From Schizochytrium sp. TIO01 (lineage: Eukaryota; Protista; Bigyra: Labyrinthulomycetes), in the NCBI GenBank assembly GCA_004764695.1, contig SMSO01000014.1:5818029-5882028 (forward strand): a stretch of DNA of 64,000 nucleotides, read 5' to 3'. This document shows positions 46,414 through 58,914 of the stretch, one piece after another. The translations under genes were made by a program, and so were the position numbers. Under the pieces are notes generated by a model. That model was not told the DNA's origin. It worked only from the letters and a program-made list of their open reading frames with translations, and searched no databases. Every line of letters starts with the position of its first letter. The stretch's first letter is position 1.

Positions 46414-48534
46414 CTACTTAGCACGGATTCCACCATTCAACTGATGGGTGGTATCATCTAAATCGTTATTAGAAATTTCTAAGGCATTGTCATCCTCATC
46501 GTCGAGACTCTCAGCGAGAAATCGTTGAATGTCAGTGTTGGAATACCATAAATTTTTGGCTTCCAATGGGTCAAGGTTGTCCTCTGGAGGAAGGGAGTGA
46601 ACTTCGTCTTCTTCGGCAAAAGAAATGTGTCGCTCAGCACGTTCAGAAATTTCACTATTAGAGTCTTCCTCAGATAGCTCTGTATCACCATGAAGTGATA
46701 CATGGCTAGCATGGTCTCGTACGGGTTCGTGTTGCCTCTCAGGTGCACTAAGGTTTGGGTTTGTAAGTAGGCGACGCCACTCTTCTTGCGATACACAAAT
46801 CCGTTCATGACCAGACCCTAAATCTACTCCACCTTGAGTTGCATCTTCTGGAGCATAGTTTCCATGATCAGTCGACAGAGTGGTATTTTTCTTGCTCTTA
46901 TTATCCTTGTTATATTCCCCGCCCTCTTTGCGTGCTGATTTCTTCGACTCTCCATCCATATCTCCATTTGATATTTTACTATTGGTATCGCCATTTGGAA
47001 GCCTACTTTCTTCCTCACTTCTATTATTGAGGGGTGCATGTACATGCACATCTTTCCCAGCAGCTTGCAGGTTTGATGAGGATTCGTCAACAGGGGAGGC
47101 CTCATATAATTCTTGGAAACAGTGAAAAGCAAACTGAAAGCCCTCAATAGACTCCGGTGCGGTCTCCTGCCATGCTATGTAGGCACCCGGCGTAAGCGTC
47201 AAGCCAATATACCTCATCATAGTTTCAACAACAGCGTGTGCAAACTGATCTAAAACTATCCAGAAACACTCTCGATCGACCTTGTCAACAGCATGTCTCC
47301 CAAACAAGAGAGAAACAGTCTCAAGAACGACAGATCGTAGAGCCCTTGAATGGTGAATGAGACGGTTCAACAAGTCGCAACCAAGTTGAAGATGTGCAAG
47401 ATATGTTTGATTCTTTGAGGCCATTTTGTGAAGACTGTCGTGCTCTTCTAAAATGCGATCGTAGATCTTGCAAAATGCTTTCGTGCTCATGAAGACGAAA
47501 AGAACTATCTTGGCAGTATCAATCTCTCTCATGTGTGAAGATACTTTTGTATTTGATGCAGGGAGTCTAAGAATAGCTTCACGAAGTAGACCCAGCTCAG
47601 TGCTGTCTTGCTGGCAGAGCTTCTGATAAAGCGTGCCAAACCCTTGGCGCGCAAGAAAGCTAATATTCAGGCTACAGTTTATAACTGCCGCAATTTCAGA
47701 GCCTCTGATATTCTCGTTTCCCGAGGGCTTGTCTAAACATTTCTTGCTCTTGAGTGAATCCTCATGCTGGTTCCTTTTCTTTTGTTTTACGGTTTGAGTG
47801 CAACTCAGAGTACTCAAATTGGTGCTATTTCCATGAGCACGACCACTACAGCTCTGCTGCGTCCTATGTTTCGAAGTCCGCTGCTTTCCTGACTTTGGTA
47901 AGAGATGAACGCTTTGGTTCGTACCCAGACTCTGCAATCTCCGCGAGTTCCTCACGAATGAAAGAGTTTTCATATCATTGTACTCACCAGTGGTTTTACG
48001 AGGCCTGCTCCGTTCTGGATGCCGTGCCGAGGGGCTCGCACGAACCGATTTGTGCGAGAGTTTCTGAGTCACGGACTTCTTCCTGTTCAGTCGCTTAGTT
48101 GACAATTGTACAGTGGGTCCTGATGCTTTATCTGAGCGATGTTCATGGTTCGATGGCAATATACTTTTCGAGTTCATTTTTTGGGTACTCTTGGACATTG
48201 ACGTTGATCCTGGTGCTGATATATTTGACGCGGTTCGGTTGTGAGCAAAGGCTCCCGTAGCAATAACATTATCTAGAACGGCCTCTGCTAGCACTACAAC
48301 GAGATCTTCTAGTTTCTCCATGCGGTCTGCCATCTCAAGTTCTGCATCGAGGCATGCAACAACATCCGGCATTTTGGAGGCCACATTATTCAGTACTGAC
48401 CTGCAAATTATTTCAAGTTTAGCATCATCGTGATCTTCCAGCTCTTTCCCATCTTCTCTCAAGCCTCTCCGGACAAAGGTCACTGCCAAGCCCACCACCA
48501 CCTCACGAGGAGGTCTTGGGCTATTCTCTGCCAT
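46414..48534 (-). CDS. Hypothetical protein (706 aa)
   Basis: Long ATG-initiated ORF with a basic low-complexity region, a helical middle and an acidic C-terminus. No family recognised. Confidence 0.7.
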   Translation of the reverse strand: MAENSPRPPREVVVGLAVTFVRRGLREDGKELEDHDDAKLEIICRSVLNNVASKMPDVVACLDAELEMADRMEKLEDLVVVLAEAVLDNVIATGAFAHNRTASNISAPGSTSMSKSTQKMNSKSILPSNHEHRSDKASGPTVQLSTKRLNRKKSVTQKLSHKSVRASPSARHPERSRPRKTTGEYNDMKTLSFVRNSRRLQSLGTNQSVHLLPKSGKQRTSKHRTQQSCSGRAHGNSTNLSTLSCTQTVKQKKRNQHEDSLKSKKCLDKPSGNENIRGSEIAAVINCSLNISFLARQGFGTLYQKLCQQDSTELGLLREAILRLPASNTKVSSHMREIDTAKIVLFVFMSTKAFCKIYDRILEEHDSLHKMASKNQTYLAHLQLGCDLLNRLIHHSRALRSVVLETVSLLFGRHAVDKVDRECFWIVLDQFAHAVVETMMRYIGLTLTPGAYIAWQETAPESIEGFQFAFHCFQELYEASPVDESSSNLQAAGKDVHVHAPLNNRSEEESRLPNGDTNSKISNGDMDGESKKSARKEGGEYNKDNKSKKNTTLSTDHGNYAPEDATQGGVDLGSGHERICVSQEEWRRLLTNPNLSAPERQHEPVRDHASHVSLHGDTELSEEDSNSEISERAERHISFAEEDEVHSLPPEDNLDPLEAKNLWYSNTDIQRFLAESLDDEDDNALEISNNDLDDTTHQLNGGIRAK

Positions 48535-50062
48535 TTGCAGCTAACTTCCTCAGACGCACATGGCCAGCCCTTTCAACGACTTGAGGTTATGCTCTCTGTG
48601 GACACCAAAGAAGCGGTTCTAATGATCTTTGCGGTGCCCTTAACCTAGGGAAGCAAGAAACAGGAGTCAACTTAAGTTCCTGGCTTTGCGAATTGAAGTT
48701 TTATTATGTCTTCTTTGACAAAATGAAGCAACAGCTTTCTCCATTTACCTCTTTCGTCTCTCCATCTCTCTCACATTTTAACCCCTTTTTAGCCTTTCAA
48801 AACTGCTACATCACTTCCTAGTGCGTACCTAAATGTTCACCAACTAACAAGTTACTAACCAAGTAATTTGAGTACCTATAGAAGAATGATTCTTCTTAAA
48901 AACCGCCTTCGTCAAATTAGCAATGTATGGGTCAAAAGCTCAAATCATGAATAAAGAAAAGAAATCTTTCTATGCTACACCTGGTCAGCGCCGTTTATAA
49001 TGGCATCAGAATAAACCACGCTTCAAAATGATGGTACCTTTCCATTTACATTTTGGCATTTCCATCTCTCTAGGTGGAAACTAGGGGAGCTCAGGGAGCT
49101 ATTCATTTGATTAAACGCGACTCAATGCTGTGCATTCATGATACTGCTCAATGCTTCTCCTAATTTCATCCAAGGCCCCTGCCAAAACAAATGGCAAAGA
49201 TAAATCCGAAGATAAGCCATTCTCTCATAGTCTTGCGCCAGCAACTGGAGACCATTTTCGTTCTCTACTGGAGGTGAAATAGAGCAGAGTAGATAATCTT
49301 CATCGAAAAAAGACATAAAACAAAATTAGTGCAAGACAAAGAGGCTACAATTTATTGTGTTCAGGTTGTGGGGCCTATAAGACAATCTAAAACATGCTTT
49401 GGGGATTGTCGAGAAATAACTTTTGTGCAGTAGACATGGCAAATGAGAAAAAAGGATGATCAGTTGGTGAGCTTGCCTACACATTACGTATTGGGCCAGC
49501 AATCAGTTTCTGCATTTTGATGGAGGCCCAGGCACATTGTTCAATAAGAAATAAGGCACTAGAAAAACTGTAAAATCAATCATCTATTGCCATATTGACA
49601 TCTGAATTTTGGGATCATCATTCTCTGATCTTAAGCTTTTGCAGGGTGCAACTGATTCCTTCACATTGATGTCATCAACTCAGGTACAAATCTATCCAAA
49701 TCGAATACTACTTAGTATATAAATGCCCTCCATGGTACAGAACCAGATGATGGAGCTGTATCTCTGTGAATTCTTCTTCGCTTGTCTGAGAAGTAATACT
49801 CGGCCGCGCTAACATTCCGCAATGTCTCTCAAATTCAAGCTTGCACTTCCCAAAGCAATCCAATGCAAAAGAGACTTCTTATAACCCATTTGCGACATTT
49901 ATAACTCACTATATCATTCTATAACCCATTTGTATTCCATCAATACTACAACAGTGCTATATCCCATAGGTGAATAATGCGTCCTTTTTGCCATCATGGC
50001 CAATAAATAACTCAACAAGCAATGAAACAAATTCTATTTGTTCCTTCGCTGGACGGCGCGCG

Positions 50063-51427
50063 ATGAAGAGCTCGGTAACTGGTAGCGCTGGCCCCGTGGG
50101 CGCTGCCTTTGCCATCCGCGAGAAGACCTGGCGATGCCCTTCCTGCAAGAACTCGAACCCTCCGCAGCGTCACGCTTGTACACGATGCCGCAAGAAGCGC
50201 CCAATCTCCTCCTCCACGTCCAAAGATCTTGTTTGGCATGAGGGTGTCGCTGCTGCAGCTGCCGGAGTGGACCATCACTGGCGCGAGGCTCTTGATCCAT
50301 CTACAAAACAGCTCTACTACTTCAACGAAGTGACACGCGAGACCCGCTGGGACCGGCCCCGTGAGATGGGCGAGATTGTCCGGAATACCGGCTGGTTTGG
50401 TCGTGGCAGAGCTGGCGTTCAGTCCAAGCTCGACGCTAACAACGCTCGATACCTCTCTCGTCCCGCAGCCAAACAAGTCGAGGCCGCTCCTCGCGAAACA
50501 TCTTACCTTCAGGGTGCTGACATGTTCAACAAATGGTACGGCAAGTACGTTGGCGAGCACTGGACCAAGGACCAGAATCTCGAGCCCGCCAAACACAGAT
50601 GCATCCTTGAAGTGCACGCGGGATCTACCCGTGCTGACAAGGAGGCCGGTGAGGGCACATATTTTTGTATGTACTTTGCCCAGGGGGCTTGTCCAAAGGG
50701 TGCCAAGTGTAGGTTCTATCACAGAATTCCGACATATCAAGATGTCGGGCGCCTCGAGAAAGAGGCCATGAAAGACGTCTTCGGAAGGGAAAGACATGCT
50801 ACACACAGAGAAGATATGCGAGGAGCAGGCTCTTTTCAGACCCCAAGCCGCACGCTTTACGTGGGAAGGTTGCTACGAGCAGAGTACGGAGACGAGCCAA
50901 AGGCTCTGAGAAAGTCATTAGAGAAACACTTCTCGGAGTGGGGCGAGGTGGAGAGCATTAATCTGATCTGGGAAAAATCAATTGCATTCGTAAGGTATAG
51001 ATTTAGAAGCCATGCTGAGTTTGCACTTTTGGCAATGGCGAATCAGGCATTAGATAAGGATGAAATACTGGATGTGCGATGGGCTTATGAAGACCCAAAC
51101 CCTGCTGCGCAGGAGGCGATGCGGCGCTCGAATGCTGATGCACTGGCAGCTGCATTTAAGGCAGCTGGTGTGACGGTAGAAAATACGAGCTATGCGCTAC
51201 CGCTGGACTACACGGCATCATCAAAGGCAGCGTCCAATGCCCCTGCACAAATCACAAACGGAGAGGAATTGGCCGCAACACCTGATTTAAAATTGGGCAC
51301 ATCTAGCTCTAGTAGCTCTCAGGCGGAGAAACAACCACGAAGACACGAAGACTCTGATCTTTTTTATCCGGATACAAGTGCTCAATATGCTCCTGCTCCG
51401 CAGACTAAGAAGCAACGTACCAATTAA
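50063..51427 (+). CDS. CWC2: Pre-mRNA splicing factor Cwc2 with N-terminal RanBP2 zinc finger and WW domain
   Basis: WRCPSCKNSN....ACTRC (RanBP2 ZnF), WREALD...YYFN..TRETRWDRP (WW), FNKWYGKY..G, CMYFAQGACPKGAKCRFYHRIP (CCCH), DVFGRERH, RTLYVG...IAFVRY...LDVRWAYEDPNP (RRM). Confidence 0.88.
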   Translation: MKSSVTGSAGPVGAAFAIREKTWRCPSCKNSNPPQRHACTRCRKKRPISSSTSKDLVWHEGVAAAAAGVDHHWREALDPSTKQLYYFNEVTRETRWDRPREMGEIVRNTGWFGRGRAGVQSKLDANNARYLSRPAAKQVEAAPRETSYLQGADMFNKWYGKYVGEHWTKDQNLEPAKHRCILEVHAGSTRADKEAGEGTYFCMYFAQGACPKGAKCRFYHRIPTYQDVGRLEKEAMKDVFGRERHATHREDMRGAGSFQTPSRTLYVGRLLRAEYGDEPKALRKSLEKHFSEWGEVESINLIWEKSIAFVRYRFRSHAEFALLAMANQALDKDEILDVRWAYEDPNPAAQEAMRRSNADALAAAFKAAGVTVENTSYALPLDYTASSKAASNAPAQITNGEELAATPDLKLGTSSSSSSQAEKQPRRHEDSDLFYPDTSAQYAPAPQTKKQRTN

Positions 51428-52962
51428 ACATACACCGCTACGACCCGTTCTCCTATTTGTCTCTGAGGTTGATTTTATGAGTTTCCTCTCTATGGTTGCT
51501 CTGCACATGATCATTTTGATCTTAGTGCAACCGTGAGCGTCAGATCTGACGTCTCTGGTATCTGAAGCCTGTCGAAGCCTTGCCAAAAGTCAGTTAGCCT
51601 CATCTTTAGTATATTTCTCTTGTCAGGGTTCATTATAAAGAAACAAAACTTAACACGACACGACTTTTTATTTTTTCTACAAGTCATTTCTTAATTTGCA
51701 AGAGGTAAGGTGTTTGGCATCGTAAGTTGCTTCTGCTCAGGTTTCACATCTATCGTTCGCTTGCGTTCGTTTGCTGGTTATATCTCTATCAAAATTAAAA
51801 CTTCTGAAGTATTAAAACTGAGACAAATATACTACGAATGTATACTTTTCTTTGGAGGTTTAGGGACGTGCTGTATTTCGGGCTGAGGATATGAGCCTCT
51901 TCAAAGATAATATGCTGAAAGATAGACTCCACGGAGGTATAGTTATTCGAACATAGTAAGCAATTGAAATTTTTCGTCCCGTAAAATTACATTTGAATAA
52001 CTCGCTTTGTCCTGCCAAATATTATGTGCAAGTAGCAATACATCATCACATGGCCTGGAAACAATGACATATTATTATTAGGAAAATGGAGGCAGCCAGA
52101 AGAGAAAAACAGCTGAGTGAAACACCCCGTGGGGACTAGAAACCTATAAAGAATGAAAAAGAGAGGAAAATTTCTTGCTTGATACCTATTACTACAACCA
52201 AACTTTCTCAAAGGAGTACTTAAGATGCAGGTCTCTACCCATTGATGTCATTCCAAAAAGGACGAGACATGTGTAAGGGGTCGAGGGGCACCTGAGATGA
52301 AGGAAACTAGCTGCCTAGCAATGCATGCGTTGAAAATCGGAGAGAGCACAGCATCTCAATCAAAAGAGTCCAAGACGCTCGCAGAAGTCGATAACTTTTC
52401 GCAAGATTGCGTGCTTGCCTACCTTCCTGACGGTTTCTGCCCACAACACCTCAAATTTGACCAAGACTAGAACAGAGCCTACACAGTAAAAAGTAAGCCC
52501 CGAACGGGCAGGACTGTGCGGCACTGCCAATACTAGAGGAGTCCAATACATGATAAAGGCGCAACCATACCACTACAGAATAGGAACAACAGAGAATAAC
52601 CAACAGTCGTTCTTGAACTGGGCACTTTTAAGTAAAGTAAAAAGTAAGTAAGCGCAATCTTCATGAATAAGCCCCTCCTCAAATGACACTAGAACAGAAC
52701 AGAGTAGATGAGGGAAGCACAGGCGGCAGATTTAAAGAGGAAGGAGAGATGATGATGATGAAGGAAAGCTTTGCTGCTTTGGGTCAGTCGATATGATGTT
52801 TGAGTTTGTGAAAAATGGGGGAGGTTCGGGAAACTCGCGGGAGGCACAGGAAGAGAATGAATGAGCAAGGGTGCGAGATAGTTGGAAAGGGTGGGTGGGT
52901 GGAGGTGAAAGGATTGGAAAGGGGATCAGAGGGTAATGAATGAATCAATGAATGCACACAAT

Positions 52963-55020
52963 TTAGAGCTTGAAGCCCTTGGTTGCCATCTGGTCACGAC
53001 CAGGGCCCACACCAATCCAGGAAATTGGGGTCTCGAGGAGCTCCTCGATCCTGTTGAGGTAAGCCTGGGCCTCCGCAGGGAGCTCCTCGAAGGTGCGAGC
53101 ATCCGCAATGCTCTTCTTCCAGCCGGGGAGGGTCTCGTAGACCGCCTCGATGTCGTAGAGTCCGTTAATCGTGCTGGGCATGAGACCGTCCGGAAGAATC
53201 TCGCCGGTGCTCTTGCTCTTGTACGCAACACAGATCTTGATCTCCTCGAGCTCGTCAAGGCAGTCGAGCTTGGTAATGTTGATGGATGCGTAGCTGTTAA
53301 TCATGCAAGAGTACTTCATCAAAGCAGCATCAAACCATCCGCAGCGGCGCTTGCGGCCGGTGGTGACTCCAATCTCGCCTCCGATCTTCTGCAGGTAAGC
53401 TCCGATCTCAGTGCCAGGTGCTCCACGAGGGAGGTCTCCGCCAGCGAGGTCATCGGTGAGCTCGGTCGGGAAGGGTCCAGATCCCACACGGGTGGTGTAG
53501 GCCTTGACAACGCCAATGCTGCACTCCACCTTGTCCGGGGAGAGGCCCATTCCAGTGCAAACTCCTCCAACAGTGGTGGAGGACGATGTCACGAACGGGT
53601 AAGTACCGTGGTCGATGTCAAGCATGCAAGCGTTGGCACCCTCGGCAAGAATGTTCTTGCCTTCCTTGTAAGCCTTGTTCAGGAGATGGACAGTGTCACA
53701 GATCATGTCCTCCTCAAGCATCTTGTCACGCATGTCCTTGATCTTAGCGAGTTCTGTTTCTTTGTCGACGGTCACGTCGAACATGCGCTCGTGGGCCTCA
53801 GCAAGAGTAGTGTACGCAGCCACAAAGTCCTCCCATGGCTCCTTGAGCATGCCTGCGCGGACACCGTTGCGGGTCATCTTGGAGGCGTAAGCCGGACCAA
53901 TGCCCTGCTTGGTGGTGCCAAGCTTGCCACCACCACGTCCTTGCTCGAGCACGCCATCGACCTGCTTGTGGAAATCAAAGAGGAGGTGGGCACGGTCAGA
54001 GATCTTGAGGCGGCCCTTAGTGTCGATGCCAGCCTCCTGAAGAGGAAGGAGCTCATCGAAGATTGCGGGAATGTACACGACGCATCCGTTGCCGAGAACG
54101 TTGATCGTGTGCTCGTGTACGAGACCACACGGGAGAAGGTGGAAGGCAAACTTCTTGCCGTTGATCACGAGCGTGTGGCCAGCGTTGGCACCACCACCAA
54201 AACGCACGCCGTAGTCAAACTTCTCCTGGAGAACATCGGCAAGCTTGCCCTTGCCCTCATCTGCGGTTGTGTATAATTGTGGTTTGTTTAATTCACGGAA
54301 ACACAAATCGTCAGTTAGTAAACTTTTTATTCTCTTCACTCAATCATTCACTTGCTCAATGCATTTATCATCTGGGATCAGACCGTTTCTGATCCAAACC
54401 ACCGCTTCACTATGCCACTAGCAACGCCAATGCAAGGGATTGGATCGATCAAAAGAGTTCTCTGAGGTGAAAGTCGGTCTTTCCATGCAACCACACAATT
54501 AATTAGACATCCTTTCGAAAGCAAAATCCCAGGCACTAAGCCCTGCATGCCTTGACTAAGACTCTCAGTAAAACCTCACCAGGCTGCGCTGCACCCATAG
54601 ACCACTGCTGGTGCTCCCTCATGCTAATGCTTTACGTCAATCATATCGAATGACATTCCATAGTTCAATCATGACACAACAGATTGTTTCATACATTGTA
54701 AATGGTAAATAACATATAATGGCATGAAAGAGGGCTCTCGCGCACACACGTAGACTGGCTGCGCGGCGCCTCCGCCCATATACTTGCTGCTGCTTCCCGG
54801 ACACCAGATCCCCGCTTCGTTGGCACGCCTCTTCTGCTCGAACCGGGTTGGCTCCGAGGAGGGCTGCTCTTGGTTGAGAGCAAGCTCTGGCCGCTGCGTT
54901 TGCAAGCAATCAATGAATGCATGCATGCCATCCCAACTGCTCTCACTTACCGCCCCATTGCGCGCCAAGGACGACCGCGACGCGCGCGTTCAGGCCGCTC
55001 TCCGCGACCTTGTCACTCAT
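52963..55020 (-). CDS. ADSS: Adenylosuccinate synthetase, 2 exons (55020-54951, 54260-52963); possible upstream start at 55185
   Basis: Splicing GTAAGT (54950) .. CAG (54261) restores GAQWG|DEGKGK. Also GGANAGHT, GTTKQGIGPAY, GTYPFVTSS, GVTTGRKRRCGW, TKLD. Confidence 0.97.
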
Positions 55021-55292
55021 TATGCTTCCTAGGCCGCGCTGGCCCGTCACAAGCCTAGCCGACTCGCTGCTTCTACTCTCCGCGATGTGGCTCTGACCTC
55101 GCCGCGTCGTCGCCCTTGAGGAGTAGTGGCCGTGAGTGGTCGAGAATCTGCGCAACGCAAGTCTACCCAGAAATGCGTTCCGCATACCGCGCACACTAAT
55201 AGCTTTAACGGTACGAGGCTGCTAGGCTGCACTTCGCCGCGCGGCCAGCCTCCTTTTAGTCTATTTGTTAGAACTTCTTGATTAATTAATTA

Positions 55293-55294
<2 letters not shown>

Positions 55295-55354
<60 letters not shown>

Positions 55355-55532
55355 CGATTGAATGATTGATCGATTGAATGATTGAATCAATGAATGAATG
55401 ATCGATTGAACGATCGATCGATCGATCGATTGAGTGAATGAATGATCGAATGAATGATTAAATGAATGATATAATATGAATGAATGATTAAATGAATGAT
55501 CGAATGAATGATTAAATGAATGAATGAATGAT
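55295..55532. repeat. (GATT)n grading into (GATC)n and (GAAT)n microsatellite
   Basis: Read directly from the sequence. Confidence 0.95.
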
Positions 55533-55674
55533 TGTTACTATTTTCTTCTTTTTCTTCTTTTTCTTCCTTTTCTCTCTTTTCGGCGGTGGATCAAGATCGT
55601 CGTTGGCGCCGTTCCTGGCGCTGCGCTGCGCTGTTGTGCCAGGGAGCTTGCTCGAAGGGCCTTGGTTTGATTCC

Positions 55675-55779
55675 CTCTGCTCTGCTCTGCTCTGCTCTGC
55701 TCTGCTCTTTCTGGCGATGACGGCCAAAAGAGCTCTATTCTCAAGAGAACTAAAGAAAGAAAGAAAGAAAGAAAGAAAG
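55675..55779. repeat. (CTCTG)n and (AAAG)n microsatellites
   Basis: Read directly from the sequence. Confidence 0.9.
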
Positions 55780-56459
55780 AGACAATTTTCTTTCTGGGAG
55801 TCGATGACACCGGGTCCCGTTTGGCGCACCCCGGAGTTGCTCACCTGCTAATTTATGAGAGCTGCAGTCTCTGGTCTTTCCTTCTGCAGCTCGAAGCAGG
55901 TGCCAAGCTTCTGCTTGATTGTGCAACTTAACTTCTGCTCGAGGCAGGCTTCAGACGCTGCTGGAGTCTGTTTGTCGGCCTTCCTCTGCGAATATAGGTG
56001 CCTGGGTATTGATTGATTGGTTGTTCTGTGCGTGCGTGCAAGTTTCCGAGGTCAGTCAGTCGCCTCTTTCAATTGCGATGGGCTATGGCGTCACCGCGTC
56101 CCCTATGTCGGCACCGACGCTGTAGGTACTTCTTCTGCTTCTTCTTCTTTTTCTTCTTTTTCTTCTTTTCACGGCGATTCTTCTCTGTTTGATGCTTAGT
56201 ACGACGTATGAGTCGCTCCTTCTTAACCTCAACTCAACTCAACTCAACTTTGTTTGTGCTGTTCTTCAAGTTTACTTTCGAGTTATCTGCATTTAGAGGC
56301 CTTTAGGCCTTTACATAAATATGAGCTTTAACAATTGTAATGGTCATTGTAGTCGTTATTAATTTAAATAAAAATAAATTATAAAAAATAAACCATATAT
56401 GATATATAGAAAAGCTTGGGAAAGAGGAAACTCTTTAACTTAAGGTAAACCAAATCAAA

Positions 56460-56567
56460 AAGAAAGAAGAAAGAAGAAAGAAGAAAGAAGAAAGAAGAAG
56501 AAACGAGGAAAAAGGAATTCTTTCTTTCTTTCTTTCTCTCTTTCTTTCTTTCTTTCTTTCTTTCTTT
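56460..56567. repeat. Purine tract (AGAAAGA)n followed by pyrimidine tract (TTTC)n
   Basis: Read directly from the sequence. Confidence 0.9.
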
Positions 56568-56974
56568 CCTGCAAAAGTACGACGGAGCACCGTCACAAAT
56601 CCCGCAAAATGTCACGCCACAACTTGCGAGTTCGCAACCTCCCTGCGTCCGTGCCCGCTGCTGCTGCTGCTTTCTTCGCTGCCGCTGCCGCTGCGGGCGA
56701 AACCGGGCCTTCACTCGGCCCCGCTGGCTGCCGCCGCTCCTGCGTGCCTGAGCTCCAAGCTCTGGCCCTTCCCGTGCTCGTCGGGCACTTTTGCAGGTGC
56801 AGCTTTTGCGCCGCTTGCAATGGCGCCTGGAGTGGCTCACGTGAGCCGCCATGGTCTAGCTACCGAAAACGGTAGGAGTCACCACAGTTTGGAGGCGGGC
56901 ATTACGATGGAGCGGCGATGTTGGCGTCATAGACGTCGAAGAGCATCATGAATGATCGTGAATGATCGTGAATG

Positions 56975-57043
56975 ATTGATGGATTGGTTGATTGATCGAT
57001 TGATTGATTGATTGGATTGATTGATTGATTGATTGATTGATTG
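56975..57043. repeat. (GATT)n microsatellite, imperfect
   Basis: Read directly from the sequence. Confidence 0.9.
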
Positions 57044-58914
57044 ACACGTTCTGGCGTGACAGCATTGGCTTCGACATCAAGAGGCGCGGATCAACTTTGT
57101 GCAAATGCATGGCGCCAAGAACTACCTAGGTACATTCATTCTGCGTGGCGTGCTACGCAGGTTGGTAGGTGCCTACCTGCTTTGGGAGAGAGTTATCGAG
57201 GATGATGAAACAATCATTTGTGTTGATCGATGAATCAGGTTTTAGTGTATTGCAGTCAGTAGCACGTAGGTACCTAGGTAGGTAAGCAAGTAGGTGGTAG
57301 TGTGCGCCAAGTTCCCTCCAGAGGATGATCTGATCATTAAGTCGGCGAACATACAAATGCGAGGAGCTGGCCGTACGAGATATCGTAAATGCATTCGACT
57401 GGACAACGTGGAGCCCTGGTTAAAGCTGGCAAAGGATCCCCAAAATTGAAGGGTCGTAGACATGTCTTGGCTAGTATATTATAAAATTTGATTAGCAAGT
57501 TCGCCAGCACAAGAACTGCCAGGAAGCATCCTCACTAGCATCGTCATCGCAATTGTCGGCGCCATCATCACCCATAATAGACGGAGGTAATTAGGCGCTT
57601 TTACAAGCCTCAAAGCACTTCAATTTGGGCCCGCCACAAGAAGTGTGATTATAGTCTTGCTGTCATAAATCATGAAGGGTGATTGCCACTGGGGTGGGAT
57701 TCGAGTTATCTTGTAAGGCGGTTCTGTTGAAAGGTGGCTCGGGCAATTTGGTACGCCGCCAGCGGTGATTCTCGGGTGAGAAGTCCACAAGAGAGCACCT
57801 GTGGAAGTTGGGAACCAGTTCGATTTAATTACCACTGGAAGTACTACCATGTTTTGCTCTTCAAAAAAGGCGCGAATCTGGTGACCATCGTGATACCATG
57901 ACAGAGTTGATGGCAACGGTAAGACTGTTCTCAATAATTTAGCTATGCAGGCTGAGTTGATTACACAATCAATCGTCCAGAGGTTCAACTGCGAGCCAAC
58001 ATCTTATAGGTCAACTGGTTGGCTTTTAATGCGAACTTCATCCAACACGATGACGAGTTCTAAGTTAATTCCGCTACGGCAACTATCATACATGACGGCT
58101 ATAGTTACTGACGATAGTATGACACTACTAGTATCACCATGAGAGCTATTTACGTTCCCCAGCAAAATGTTGCTTATCGTGTAACCCCTGACCAGTGAAA
58201 GTGCATAAAAGCCTCCTCGACATCCATTTCATCTAATGAGAAGTCTCTCTCAAGGATTTTTAATCTTGCTCATTTGAACCTGCCGCATACGTAAGCCACA
58301 TGGAACCCTTACACAATAATTCATGAACGGACAAGCGCTGAAGCTGATTTATACTTAAAGCCAAAGACCTCATGATATTTATTCACTCAATGCTGGCCCT
58401 ACCTACCTTGATAATTTATATAACTTTCTTAGACATTTATTTGCAACCGGGATGCGAGCAACTAAAAGACATAAAGACTTCTCCACGTGCAGCGTGCAAT
58501 CTAAACTAGCTCTCTATGCGATGGAATTAACATAAAAGGAAAGAAAATATCTTTGGGGGGGGGGGTTAATTTATTTGATCATACATGCTCTGGCGACCTG
58601 AAGAATGCAAACACACAACAAACAAGCAGAGAACTTTTGATGTTCTCAAGAGTGCAATTTAACAGAGACTGATCAACCATTTCACACATTTCCTGAGAGC
58701 ATCGCAAGAGTGTACACACCTTTCCTTTGAAACTTCCCTCTGCATTCTCGCGCAGTCATTGTGAAAAAGGAAACTAAAACGCAGTGTATTCAGTCATGAT
58801 GCCCTACCTTGCATTAAGCAAGTTGACTATCACGAGTATCACAGGTCAGCCAACGATGTGACTCTGATACTTTAATGTTTAATTTTGAAGAGGTTGGCTT
58901 GTCATCCGACAAGC

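Noticed and set aside
52936-54276. 446-aa antisense ORF over ADSS (similarly 18643-19545, 31416-32024, 62081-62836)
   Set aside because: Antisense shadows of biased coding sequence with no recognisable domains.
57620-57988. 122-aa ORF and other short intergenic ORFs (19884-20201, 56609-56875)
   Set aside because: Short, with no recognisable motif or verifiable splice partner.
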